From the IMG/VR virus record IMGVR_UViG_3300032330_000970: a DNA stretch of 64,000 nucleotides, one strand, 5' to 3'. The stretch is from an uncultured virus (IMG/VR IMGVR_UViG_3300032330_000970) (taxonomy: Duplodnaviria; Heunggongvirae; Uroviricota; Caudoviricetes). Shown one piece after another: positions 47,470 to 56,754 of this stretch (position 1 is its first letter; each line of letters starts with the position of its first letter). Below the pieces are notes generated by a model. The model saw only the letters and a list, made by a program, of their open reading frames with translations, made no database searches and was not told the origin of the DNA. The position numbers and the translations under genes were made by a program.

Positions 47470-47769
47470 ATGGATCAAGACAAAATAGCTCCTACGATTG
47501 AGGAAGTGGCAACTGTGGCTTTTTCCGTGGTATCCCGAATCATGGATAAAGGTTCGGACAAAAGTCCTTTTGGAAGGTGGTTTCACACTGACAGTCGTAG
47601 ATATAATGCAGATAGGCTTATTGCCCACGTAACACAAGCGATGATGCAAATTGATGGGAATAGACCTAATCCAGATACCAATGGAGAAGATGCTATTGCG
47701 CATTTAGAAAGAGCATTGGTCCGAGCAGTTTTTCTTTTATATAAAACTTACAGAGGTAAAATACAATGA
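47470..47769 (+). CDS. DUF5664-like (dATP/dGTP diphosphohydrolase-type) all-alpha protein
   Basis: IMDKGSDKS..W..RY..DRLIAH..D.NGED..AHL resembles the DUF5664 pattern; divergent. Confidence 0.45.
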   Translation: MDQDKIAPTIEEVATVAFSVVSRIMDKGSDKSPFGRWFHTDSRRYNADRLIAHVTQAMMQIDGNRPNPDTNGEDAIAHLERALVRAVFLLYKTYRGKIQ

Positions 47770-47972
47770 TGGATTATTTTTGGCTATGGCTTTTTGTGTG
47801 GATCAGCAAGCGGTGGTTTCCTACTGTCATTTTTTCTACTGATCCAAAAACTGAACGGACTACCTCTATTTTCTTTTTTGACTGCGATGCTCACGCAAAA
47901 AAATTAATGGATCTTATTCAGGAAAATAAACTAAACCATCAACTAGAAAAGGAGACACCTAATGATAATTGA
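47766..47972 (+). CDS. Hypothetical protein
   Basis: GAGG RBS; ATGA overlap. Confidence 0.6.
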   Translation: MMDYFWLWLFVWISKRWFPTVIFSTDPKTERTTSIFFFDCDAHAKKLMDLIQENKLNHQLEKETPNDN

Positions 47973-48055
47973 ATGGCTATGGGATCGTCGGGGATTTGCA
48001 TTCCCAAAAACCGAAACAAAAAATACAAAACCAAATATAAAAAAGGTAAAATCAA

Positions 48056-48199
48056 ATGCTAAAAGAAAACCAAGAAAACAAAAATAAATTTACCGCGGAG
48101 GTATTAAAGGAGCTAGATTATCTTCTAGCAGAAGGATTTGTATGTTTAACCAACCCGAAGAACCCTACCATTGTTTTAAACCAGGAGGCCAGCATATGA
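48056..48199 (+). CDS. Hypothetical protein (47 aa, not in ORF track)
   Basis: AAGG RBS; MLKENQENKNKFTAEVLKELDYLLAEGF..; ATGA overlap with the next gene. Confidence 0.5.
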   Translation: MLKENQENKNKFTAEVLKELDYLLAEGFVCLTNPKNPTIVLNQEASI

Positions 48200-48501
48200 A
48201 AATTGAAGAAGTAATAGGCAAAGAAGAACTGAAAAAAGAATCCTTTTCAACTCAAAAAAACTTACATAGAATACATCAGTTTTACCACCGAGTGGTAGAT
48301 CTGGCGGAACAAAACCATAAAACGGCTGCTGTCCTTGTGGAGGAGAATGGCCGTCTACAAATAGAGAATGAGGGGCTGAAAGAGTTTACCCAGGAACTTT
48401 TAGGCTTCATGGCAGACCTTGAGCGGGAATGTTCGGATTGTCGCAGCAAGGCCAGGTCAATCATCCTCAACCAACCACAAATGAAAGAAGAAGAAAAATA
48501 A
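48196..48501 (+). CDS. Coiled-coil hypothetical protein
   Basis: AGGAGG RBS before ATG 48196. Confidence 0.65.
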   Translation: MKIEEVIGKEELKKESFSTQKNLHRIHQFYHRVVDLAEQNHKTAAVLVEENGRLQIENEGLKEFTQELLGFMADLERECSDCRSKARSIILNQPQMKEEEK

Positions 48502-48502
48502 T

Positions 48503-48838
48503 ATGATTGAATTAGCAATTCAGATTAAAAACGAAGACGGAACAGATAAGATCAGCGTGGAAATGCTTCCGCGTGATGGCGAGGCAAACGCAGTAGAAAA
48601 AGATGTACTTAGCGGATTGTTCCCTCTCATAGTTGAACTTTTCAATGGAGTTCTTGGCGGAGAGGGTTTTCGTAAGAACGAAAAGATGGCTCAGATTCCG
48701 GAACAAGAGTCACGAATTGTGGACAAGAACGGAGCCCCAACAGCTATTCCGATGAACGAGGAATACCTTCTAAAGAAAGGTCTAATCGAGCCGCTTGATG
48801 GACCTCAAATTGTTGATAGAAAATCCCTAGAGGGATAA
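48503..48838 (+). CDS. Hypothetical protein
   Basis: Tiles within the operon. Confidence 0.7.
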   Translation: MIELAIQIKNEDGTDKISVEMLPRDGEANAVEKDVLSGLFPLIVELFNGVLGGEGFRKNEKMAQIPEQESRIVDKNGAPTAIPMNEEYLLKKGLIEPLDGPQIVDRKSLEG

Positions 48839-48839
48839 C

Positions 48840-49121
48840 TTGAAACGAGCCAGTGAAGGACTGGCCGAACAATTTAACATAATACCGTACCCATTCGTGG
48901 GTAGGGATTATGATGAAATAGCGGCCGAGTTTGTATTGCTCCGGGAATCTGGAGTTCGTTCTAAAGAACTTGCTCAGATGCTTTTGGACGCAATAGAAAT
49001 CCTTTTACGTGGATTGGCAAAACAAAATATAACAAAACAAAGAGAAGAAAAACTTACCAGAGATCTGTCAGACATGCTTGGGAGACTGAGCATCCTTGAA
49101 GACCTCAACTTTAAAAAATGA
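48840..49121 (+). CDS. Hypothetical protein
   Basis: TTG start after GAGGG; overlaps the polymerase start. Confidence 0.65.
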   Translation: MKRASEGLAEQFNIIPYPFVGRDYDEIAAEFVLLRESGVRSKELAQMLLDAIEILLRGLAKQNITKQREEKLTRDLSDMLGRLSILEDLNFKK

Positions 49122-50911
49122 AAAATACATACGCGATCGATTTTGAAACTTATTACGACAAAGAAATATCAATTACAACAATGGGGCAGTGGCATTACTT
49201 GCGAAACCCAGCATCAGACATTTATCTGGTTTCAATTCATGGGCCCGATGTACAGTACGTCGGATCTCCAAAGAAAGCTCCGTGGGAAAAGATTGATGGT
49301 GGAAATTGGTTGGCACACAATTATTCATTTGACGGAGCTGTGTTGGAAAGATTGCGAGAGCTTGGAATAACTAAAGCAAATCCGTCTAGTTGGTTTTGTA
49401 CGGCGAATCTGTCTGTTGCTGTCGGTGCTCCTAGAAATTTGTTGGGCGCATCGCGGGAACTTCTTAATCGAAAGATTGACAAAGATCCGCGGGATAAAAT
49501 GCACAGCAAAAAGTGGAGTGATGTCGAGGGAACGGAATTTGCTAAAGAAGTCATTGAGTATGCGAAAAACGATGCTCAAGCATGCTACGAAATCTACGAT
49601 AAGTTCCACAATCAGATGCTTCCAACGGAACAGGAACTATCTAAACACACCATAGAAATGGGCTGGAAAGGGGTCCAAATTGACCAAAATGCGGTTGAAA
49701 TGGGGGTAAAAAAGCTTGAAAGAGTGACTTGGGAGAGCGAAAACGCCCTACCTTGGATTGAGGAAACCAATGGGGTTGTCCTTTCCACAAAGGCTTTTAG
49801 GCGTGAATGCGCCAAGGCTGGCATCCCTTGGCCCACATCGTTGGCTGAAAACTCGGAAGAATGTGCTCTATGGGAGGAACAATACGGGAATCAGGTTCCG
49901 TTTGTGGGTATCATGCGGGATTGGCGCAAGGCTAATTCCTTGTTGGCAAAGCTAAAGGTAATGAGAAACCGTATACGCCCAGACGGGACAATGGCTTACG
50001 GACTCAAATACATGGGCGCACACACTGGTCGGTGGTCTGGTGACAGTAAGTGGAATTGCCAGAACCTTCCGAGAAATGAGATGTTTGGGGTAGATTTACG
50101 GGGTTGTATTATACCCCGTTCGGGTAAGAAGTTTGTAATTTGTGATCTAGCGCAAATTGAGCCCAGAGTATTAGCTTGGCTATCTGGAAACGAAGGACTT
50201 CTAGATGCAATCAGAAAAGGATATGGCATCTACGAGGCGGCCGCAAAAAATATGGGGCTATGGAATGGTGACAAGGGAACCCTTAAGAAAACCGATCCTG
50301 ATCTTTATCAATTGGTAAAGTGTATGGTTTTGGGTTTGGGCTATGGAGCTGGGTCTAAGAAGTTTGCGCTGATCGCAAAGATGCAATACGGAATCAATAT
50401 GACTGAGGCAAGAGCCGGAACGGTGGTGAATGATTTCCGATCACGCAATCAGCCAATTATGGATTTATGGAGAAAGCTTGAAGGTGATTTTCAAAGGGCT
50501 AAGGCAGACAAACAGTTTGAGGTTGGATTGCCTGGGGGAAGAATCCTTACCTACCGTAACATCATGTCACAGTGGCCTGAGTCACAGAAGTTTGGAAAGA
50601 ATGGAGTGGCTCGCAAGCCAGCATGGACTGCATGTGTTGAGCGTGGAGGACCGCAGATCCCGTTCTATGGTGGAAAACTATGTGAGAATCTTGTACAGGC
50701 TGTGGCGCGAGATGTTATGGGAGAGGCTATTCTGCGGTTAGAAAAAGCGGGATGCTCCGTGGTGATGCACATCCATGACGAAGCTGTTTGCGAAGTTGAC
50801 AATTCAGTTCGGGCTGGTGAGATTGAACACCTCATGAGCGTCTGTCCTGAATGGCTTGAGGGTTGTCCGATAGGGGCGGAAGCAGCAGATGCAATGAGGT
50901 ACAAAAAATGA
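49118..50911 (+). CDS. polA: Family A DNA polymerase with 3'-5' exonuclease
   Basis: IDFET, AHN..FD, YAKND; HTGRWSG..NCQNLPR; motif A DLAQIEPR; motif B K..VLGLGYG; motif C HIHDE. Confidence 0.95.
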   Translation: MKNTYAIDFETYYDKEISITTMGQWHYLRNPASDIYLVSIHGPDVQYVGSPKKAPWEKIDGGNWLAHNYSFDGAVLERLRELGITKANPSSWFCTANLSVAVGAPRNLLGASRELLNRKIDKDPRDKMHSKKWSDVEGTEFAKEVIEYAKNDAQACYEIYDKFHNQMLPTEQELSKHTIEMGWKGVQIDQNAVEMGVKKLERVTWESENALPWIEETNGVVLSTKAFRRECAKAGIPWPTSLAENSEECALWEEQYGNQVPFVGIMRDWRKANSLLAKLKVMRNRIRPDGTMAYGLKYMGAHTGRWSGDSKWNCQNLPRNEMFGVDLRGCIIPRSGKKFVICDLAQIEPRVLAWLSGNEGLLDAIRKGYGIYEAAAKNMGLWNGDKGTLKKTDPDLYQLVKCMVLGLGYGAGSKKFALIAKMQYGINMTEARAGTVVNDFRSRNQPIMDLWRKLEGDFQRAKADKQFEVGLPGGRILTYRNIMSQWPESQKFGKNGVARKPAWTACVERGGPQIPFYGGKLCENLVQAVARDVMGEAILRLEKAGCSVVMHIHDEAVCEVDNSVRAGEIEHLMSVCPEWLEGCPIGAEAADAMRYKK

Positions 50912-53043
50912 ATTTGTATCGCATACCAAATTTATCGTCGACGATTGCTGGTCCTTGCACTCCTTGGGATGGGAATGTTAATCAACCGCCAAGCCTAGAT
51001 CCTGATATAGCCAAACGGTGGGCTATTCAGAGTTCTACTGATGGAATGTTTGTCAGCGGATTTGAGGGTCGTGCCGCGGCTATGCGGGTTACCAAAGATA
51101 ATCCTCCGGCCAAGATGCATGCCTTTATTGCAGATTATGATTGCGAACTTACATCCGAAGAGTTTATTTCCGGTATTGGGGCTAAAGCCAAAGCCGGTCT
51201 TAAGCCAATGTACGCTCATCGCACACCAAGTGGAGGTGCGAGAGTCATCTGGATGTTTGAGTCCCCCATGCAGATTCCGGTGGGTTTGTTGCCCGCATTC
51301 TTAAAACGAGTTGCAAAAGAGCTTGGTGCAAAGCGTATATTTGCAGGGCTTGATGATAACCACGTAAAGCCTGAGCAGTATTACGCTTGGTATCTTCCGA
51401 TCACAAAAGTTGGGGATATCCCTTTAAGGACAGAGACATTGTACAGTTGGTTTGCCTCGACAATTGACGCTGACCACAAGTACCGCGGCGAAGGCCCGGT
51501 AGAGATCCCAATGGATCGTGTACGTAATCGCGTACATGAAATGTATCCAGACAAACTGATGGGAAGTCTTGAGGTGAATGGAAGAACGAATGCGTTCTGG
51601 ACTGCTACTTCGGACAACCCAACGGCTTGCGTAGTTACTCCTACCGGTATTGTTAGTTTCTCGCAGGACAAGAGTTTCTACAGCTGGGCCGAAATCCTTG
51701 GCGCTGGCTGGGTGAAAGAGTTTGAGGAGGATCGTCTTGGTGCTCCATTGGCAAACTATTACTTCGACGGAAAGCGTTACTGGAGGCAGGACGGCAGAGG
51801 AATCTGGCGTGATACAGACTCTGAGACTACCAGAAAAGATATTGCTGGAATATATGGATTGTCTTTAGCCCCAATGCAGCGAGGTGGGATGTGCGAAGTT
51901 GACCAGACTGTCTTGCGTGTCCGTGAGACTCGTCGGGTAGACGATGCCGGACCGATCCTGTTTAGTAAGGAAGAAGTCGTTTACATGGGTGGACGGACTG
52001 TCCTGAATATCTCACGGGTAAAGGTGTTGGAGCCGCGTAACGAACCGTGTGAAAAGTGGGGAGATGGATTCCCATGGATAGCCAAGTTCCTTGACGGCTT
52101 CTTTGATCCGCACGATTCGCTTCAGTATTTTCTGGCATGGCTGCATCACTTCTATGTAAATGCCAAGTCGGGTAAGCAGTCTCAGGGTCAGGCAATCTTT
52201 ATTGCCGGGCCAGTCGGTGTCGGCAAGACGCTTATGGGAACACAGATTGTTTCCAGGCTAATGGGTGGAGGTTGTGACGCATCGGGACATATCTCGGGAG
52301 AGAGTGAATTCAACTCTGAGATGTTCGAGGTCGGTGTTCTCAACGTTGACGATACGATTGCATCAACTAGCCACGAGAAGCACTTGCTATTCTCCAATAC
52401 GGTGAAGAAGTTTGTTGCCAATCGTCGACATCGTTACCGCGCCATGTGGAAGAATCCTGCCACCATTGAATGGAGCGGACGGGTATTTGTGACTTTGAAT
52501 GACGATCCAGATTCGATGCGAGCCGTTCCATACACAGACGCAAGTATATTAGACAAGCTAATGCTATTCAAAGCCTCGTCTAAAGGTATGGAGTTTCCTC
52601 ATTCACAGGAACTACAACGTATCTTAGACGGAGAATTGCCGGCGTTCGCCAGGTGGCTAACCGATCACGAGATTTCGGAAGAGTTGAAAAGTTCAAATCG
52701 ATTCCAGGTTAAGTGCTACCATCATGCGGATATCTTGGAAGACACGAGAACAACTCACCCCAATCATGCGTTCTCGGAACTGTTGGATGAATTCCTAATC
52801 GGATTCAATCAGGCCAATCCAAAAGAAAGAACGTGGAAGGGTTCAGCGACCCAGCTACTCAACCAGATGCTCAACGATAACAATCTTACAAATCTTACCC
52901 GTCACTACGCCTCTACTCCGGAGAAGATGGGGCAGCGGTTGGCAAAGTTAATGACCACAAAGGGCATTGAGCGGGTAACCGTACAGGGCAAGGTGCTATG
53001 GAAAATCCCGGTTGACTCAAACCCGGAGGTTGAAGTAAAATGA
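50908..53043 (+). CDS. Primase-helicase (N-terminal primase-like domain, DUF5906/SF3-like NTPase)
   Basis: ADYD..TPSGGARVIW primase-like motifs; GPVGVGKT; FN..LNVDD; ATG 50908. Confidence 0.85.
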   Translation: MNLYRIPNLSSTIAGPCTPWDGNVNQPPSLDPDIAKRWAIQSSTDGMFVSGFEGRAAAMRVTKDNPPAKMHAFIADYDCELTSEEFISGIGAKAKAGLKPMYAHRTPSGGARVIWMFESPMQIPVGLLPAFLKRVAKELGAKRIFAGLDDNHVKPEQYYAWYLPITKVGDIPLRTETLYSWFASTIDADHKYRGEGPVEIPMDRVRNRVHEMYPDKLMGSLEVNGRTNAFWTATSDNPTACVVTPTGIVSFSQDKSFYSWAEILGAGWVKEFEEDRLGAPLANYYFDGKRYWRQDGRGIWRDTDSETTRKDIAGIYGLSLAPMQRGGMCEVDQTVLRVRETRRVDDAGPILFSKEEVVYMGGRTVLNISRVKVLEPRNEPCEKWGDGFPWIAKFLDGFFDPHDSLQYFLAWLHHFYVNAKSGKQSQGQAIFIAGPVGVGKTLMGTQIVSRLMGGGCDASGHISGESEFNSEMFEVGVLNVDDTIASTSHEKHLLFSNTVKKFVANRRHRYRAMWKNPATIEWSGRVFVTLNDDPDSMRAVPYTDASILDKLMLFKASSKGMEFPHSQELQRILDGELPAFARWLTDHEISEELKSSNRFQVKCYHHADILEDTRTTHPNHAFSELLDEFLIGFNQANPKERTWKGSATQLLNQMLNDNNLTNLTRHYASTPEKMGQRLAKLMTTKGIERVTVQGKVLWKIPVDSNPEVEVK

Positions 53044-53058
53044 CGCCACGCAGAAAGT

Positions 53059-53472
53059 ATGAACATTCGTATCATAGCCATGGCTATATCCATGCTTCTA
53101 TCGTTCCCTATTGTCGCGTCAAACGTGATAATCGAACCGGAACCAAAATCCAAACCTTCGAAGAAACTCAAGGTTCGGGTTACAGCTTATTGGTGTGGTC
53201 AAGACCCGGACACATCCAGATTTAGATCCTCAACGGGCTATACCTTGAAGTCAGGTAGGTCGTGTGCGGTTGATCCCAGGATCATTCCGTATGGGAGTAC
53301 TGTGGTTATCGACGGCAAGGAGTTTAAAGCCATCGACACGGGTACGGATGTGATCAGAAAAAAAGCTTCCCACGGAAAACTTCCGGTAGTAGACTTATTT
53401 TACAAAACGGAAAAGCAAGCCATGGTAGCACTGGATAATCTGCCTATGCATCCATGGGTTGAAATACGATAA
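53059..53472 (+). CDS. 3D-domain (MltA-like) cell-wall protein with signal peptide
   Basis: VTAY..AVDPRIIPYGS..AIDTG..VVDLF (three Asp). Confidence 0.85.
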   Translation: MNIRIIAMAISMLLSFPIVASNVIIEPEPKSKPSKKLKVRVTAYWCGQDPDTSRFRSSTGYTLKSGRSCAVDPRIIPYGSTVVIDGKEFKAIDTGTDVIRKKASHGKLPVVDLFYKTEKQAMVALDNLPMHPWVEIR

Positions 53473-53481
53473 GGAGCACAC

Positions 53482-53697
53482 ATGAAAAAGACACCCAAAC
53501 CCGAAACGCTGGGGACAATTAAAATCCTGGCCGAACGTCAACTCCAATATGTTGAAATGGATTTAGACGTTGATGGAAACACATTCAACAAAATTGCCAA
53601 GGCTGGGCTGATTGAAATCAAGCGTGATAAAAAAGCGTTGTTCAATTATGCAATCACCAAGGCACTGGAAGAATTAAGTGCAAGAGAGCGTAATTAA
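53482..53697 (+). CDS. Hypothetical protein
   Basis: AAGGAG RBS. Confidence 0.7.
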   Translation: MKKTPKPETLGTIKILAERQLQYVEMDLDVDGNTFNKIAKAGLIEIKRDKKALFNYAITKALEELSARERN

Positions 53698-54687
53698 ATG
53701 TTTAGCATCAGCTTTGGCGGCCTTACTGGGTTTGGCCGTATGTGTATTTTTAACCGCCATCTACATGCAAGTTCGTTGTTGGCTGCGGCGCTGGTTTTAA
53801 TCCCGCTTTCGGCAAAAGGAACAGACTTTAGTCACCCATGCGAACTGAGCATGAAGTCTGTAGTTCGTGTGTTCCAGAATGAAAAGGACACAAACAAGAT
53901 CACGTTTGGAACCGGCACAATCATTGGAAGGGATGGAACTATCCTGACATGCGCCCACGTAGTTGATGGGACTGGCAAGATTGATGTAATGTTTGGTGAC
54001 GGTCTTACCAACGCAGTTTATAGTGCCAAGGTAATTCAATCCGACGCGAAGTTGGATTTGGCTCTACTGAAACTTGAGGGATGTCCGGAACATTTGCGGC
54101 CGATGCCACTATCCAAAATGCCAACGCCTCCGCGGGGAACTCCAGTAGTGGCAATTGGTTCACCGCTTAAGATATTCCGAACGGCAACCCAAGGCATCGT
54201 TAGTTATGCAGGTCCGGATGAAGGCCAAGATATCCTGGTGTTTGACGCCAGGGTCATGCCAGGATGCTCAGGAGGGCCCGTAATAGACGAATCTGGCGAC
54301 CTTATAGGCATTGTGACGGGTGATCTAGGCAGAGACACTCATAGGCTTGCTAGGGCCGTTTACTTGACAGAAATCGAAAAGTTCTTGGCAAACGTATCGT
54401 CCAACGCTCCCCAACGGGGGTTTCTTGGGATTGACACAACTCCGGTAGGTACGGGGATTGCGGGTCCTGGAATGTCAGAAGGTCTGAAGGTTACCAATAT
54501 GTCTGCCATAGATGAGCTTCTTCCGGGAGACGTAATCATGACTTTCAATGATTACCAAGCAACTAACCATAAAGACCTAGTTAGGATGGTTCGTAAATGT
54601 ACACCAGGAGACCGAGTTGAGGTAGGCATTTTACGTAATGGTGAGTTCAAACTTATACACATGATTATTAAGGAGTTGCGGAAATGA
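53698..54687 (+). CDS. HtrA/DegP-family serine protease with PDZ domain
   Basis: LTCAHVV, DLALLK, PGCSGGP catalytic triad; GFLGI and LLPGDVI PDZ motifs; start uncertain. Confidence 0.88.
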   Translation: MFSISFGGLTGFGRMCIFNRHLHASSLLAAALVLIPLSAKGTDFSHPCELSMKSVVRVFQNEKDTNKITFGTGTIIGRDGTILTCAHVVDGTGKIDVMFGDGLTNAVYSAKVIQSDAKLDLALLKLEGCPEHLRPMPLSKMPTPPRGTPVVAIGSPLKIFRTATQGIVSYAGPDEGQDILVFDARVMPGCSGGPVIDESGDLIGIVTGDLGRDTHRLARAVYLTEIEKFLANVSSNAPQRGFLGIDTTPVGTGIAGPGMSEGLKVTNMSAIDELLPGDVIMTFNDYQATNHKDLVRMVRKCTPGDRVEVGILRNGEFKLIHMIIKELRK

Positions 54688-54938
54688 CAACTCTTTTGGG
54701 CATCTTGTTCTCTACCATAGGGTTATGCGTGTGTGTTATTGGGTTCTCTCATTGGTTTGTGCAAACATTTAACATTGATGCATTTGTCAATAAATTTTGG
54801 GATCATGAAGAGGCTAGAAACATACGTTTTGTCCCCAAAGGGACACATAAAATGATTAAGGTAAGGACTGACTTTATAGTCAAGTTACATACCCCCACCC
54901 ACAGGAATTGGTGTAAAGGATTACGAATCAAAGGTTAA
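54684..54938 (+). CDS. Small membrane protein
   Basis: N-terminal TM helix; AAGGAG RBS. Confidence 0.65.
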   Translation: MTTLLGILFSTIGLCVCVIGFSHWFVQTFNIDAFVNKFWDHEEARNIRFVPKGTHKMIKVRTDFIVKLHTPTHRNWCKGLRIKG

Positions 54939-55198
54939 GGATTCGAAGGGTGTAGGGTGGGGGGTGGAGGGGTGGTTTTGAACTCGTTGTTCCTACAGCT
55001 TTGCGTGTGTGCCGTGTGTGTCAAAACTTCCGGAACGAGTTGGGGTACCCCCACCCACCCCCACCACTCCCACCCTCTCTTTCTTTATATTTATATATTT
55101 AAATAATAAACATATACTTACACAAGGACCCAAGGTTAAAAATTTGGGTGGGGGTACCACTTTTTGACCCCCCACCCTAGGCAACACCCCCACCCTAA
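54890..55198. repeat. GGGTGGGGG/CCCCCACCC repeat cluster around an AT-rich core; candidate replication origin
   Basis: Several direct and inverted copies, two GGGGTACC sites, AT-rich block at ~55080-55120. Confidence 0.55.
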
Positions 55199-55202
55199 AG
55201 GA

Positions 55203-55291
55203 TGCTTCTGCTGGTGACTGCCTGCCGCACTTCTCTCTTCAGCTAGTCCAAAGGGCAAGGAAAGTGCTAAAACGCCCACCCAGCAAAAGCA
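55203..55291 (-). ncRNA. Candidate ~90-nt rod-shaped small RNA
   Basis: 12-bp terminal stem UGCUUUUGCUGG/CCAGCAGAAGCA starting at the predicted TSS; inner GCACUU/AAGUGC stem. Confidence 0.5.
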
Positions 55292-55297
55292 ATCACG

Positions 55298-55325
55298 ACT
55301 ATGATTTGTCCTTTACAGAAGTCAA
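55298..55325 (-). promoter_or_regulatory. Sigma70-type promoter for the candidate sRNA
   Basis: TTGACT-N16-CATAGT. Confidence 0.55.
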
Positions 55326-55347
55326 AGGGTTTGAGACACTACGCCCT

Positions 55348-55524
55348 ATGAAAACACTTGGTTTCAACTTCAGCCTATTCGGTTTTGTTTTCAACCTTCG
55401 AATCAGCGCTTATCGATCTGCGCACCATGCCCCAGTGTTTCATTACGGTTCGACTTCAAACTTTGGTAAATGGAAGATTCCCCCGACTGGCATCAAGAAC
55501 AAATACAAGAGGAGACATAAATGA
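55348..55524 (+). CDS. Hypothetical protein (58 aa)
   Basis: ATG 55348, 7 nt after TTTACA-N17-GACACT; ATGA overlap with the next gene. Confidence 0.5.
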   Translation: MKTLGFNFSLFGFVFNLRISAYRSAHHAPVFHYGSTSNFGKWKIPPTGIKNKYKRRHK

Positions 55525-56261
55525 AACAACCTAAAATTGTAACCATCGGTACACCCGCTTATGGTGGTCAGGTCACCAGCGGGTTTGCCACCTCCCTTGC
55601 TGCGTCAGTCAGTTTGTTTCAAAGCTACAACATGGAGTTGCACTGCATTCTTTTAACCGGACATTCCGTGATCCAAATGGCTCGCAACCGTGTGTTGCGC
55701 GAGTTCTTGAAAACAGACAGCGAAATGCTTGTGTGGATTGATTCCGATATTTCGTGGAATCCCACAGATCTTTTAAAGCTTTGCTTGCATGAAGAAGAAG
55801 TTGTCGGAGCAACCTACAGAAAGAAAACTGCCAACACGACCGAGTTTACCGTTCAGTTAAAGCGTGGAAATCTTGACCCCGATGACCGCGGCTTGCTTGA
55901 AGTTGACCGCATTGGAACAGGATTCCTTCGCGTAACGCGGGAAGCTCTTGACGATTTGATTAAGGATACCAATCACCTTGACCTCCACAATAAAAATACC
56001 CAGACCCATACGATTGGTGGTTCTGGCAAGTATCAGGATTCCCAAACAGAATATATCCACAATGTGTTTGAGGTCGGCATCTACAAAGGCGAGTTCCTTT
56101 CCGAAGACTTTATCTTTTGTGAGAAGCTAAAAGAAAAAGGTTACAAGATCATGATGGATACCAAAATTGATCTTGGGCATGAAGGGTCTTATGTTTACCG
56201 CGGAAGCATTTCGCACTTTCTTAAGTACATCAAAGAAGAAGAGGCCAAAGAAAAGAAATGA
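55521..56261 (+). CDS. GT-A fold glycosyltransferase-like protein
   Basis: IGTPAY, ARN, WIDSD (DxD), GTGF, SEDFIFC, H.G. Confidence 0.8.
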   Translation: MKQPKIVTIGTPAYGGQVTSGFATSLAASVSLFQSYNMELHCILLTGHSVIQMARNRVLREFLKTDSEMLVWIDSDISWNPTDLLKLCLHEEEVVGATYRKKTANTTEFTVQLKRGNLDPDDRGLLEVDRIGTGFLRVTREALDDLIKDTNHLDLHNKNTQTHTIGGSGKYQDSQTEYIHNVFEVGIYKGEFLSEDFIFCEKLKEKGYKIMMDTKIDLGHEGSYVYRGSISHFLKYIKEEEAKEKK

Positions 56262-56319
56262 TATACGGATTCTTGCTGGGAATTCTTGTCTATTGGATCT
56301 TTGACAAATCCCGTAAAAG

Positions 56320-56754
56320 GTGCGGCTGGTGCAATCGACCTCAGTAAAAACTAAGTGGCTTGATCTCGCTATGCGGCTGGCTGACGCCGCGGCTAAAACC
56401 AGCGAAGATCAATTTGTTAAAGTTGGTTCTGCAATTCTTCGACACGACGGATCGGTTTGCGGAGTTGGCTATAACGGTTATCCACCAGGGTTTGATTTGA
56501 CTAAACAAGAATCTTTAGACCGCGATTACCGGCGGGACTTTATGGTCCATGCCGAGATCAACGCCTTGGCTTATTGCAATCCTGGCGAACCTTTTATTAT
56601 GGCCGTGACTTACCCTCCGTGTAAAGCTTGCTTGTTGGAAGCCGCCCGGTATGGAGTTAAGAATTTGATTTACCGTGAAAACAAAGACCGTGACATTTTT
56701 CCGTCAGATTATTTGGCCGCCCGTTTGGGCCTCACCCTGATTATCGAGAAGTAA
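56320..56754 (+). CDS. dCMP deaminase
   Basis: SED..KVG, GYNG.P.G, HAE.NA, PCKAC; start uncertain. Confidence 0.9.
   Translation: MRLVQSTSVKTKWLDLAMRLADAAAKTSEDQFVKVGSAILRHDGSVCGVGYNGYPPGFDLTKQESLDRDYRRDFMVHAEINALAYCNPGEPFIMAVTYPPCKACLLEAARYGVKNLIYRENKDRDIFPSDYLAARLGLTLIIEK

Noticed and set aside
56301..56330. TTGACA upstream of the dCMP deaminase
   Set aside because: No acceptable -10 at 16-18 nt spacing.
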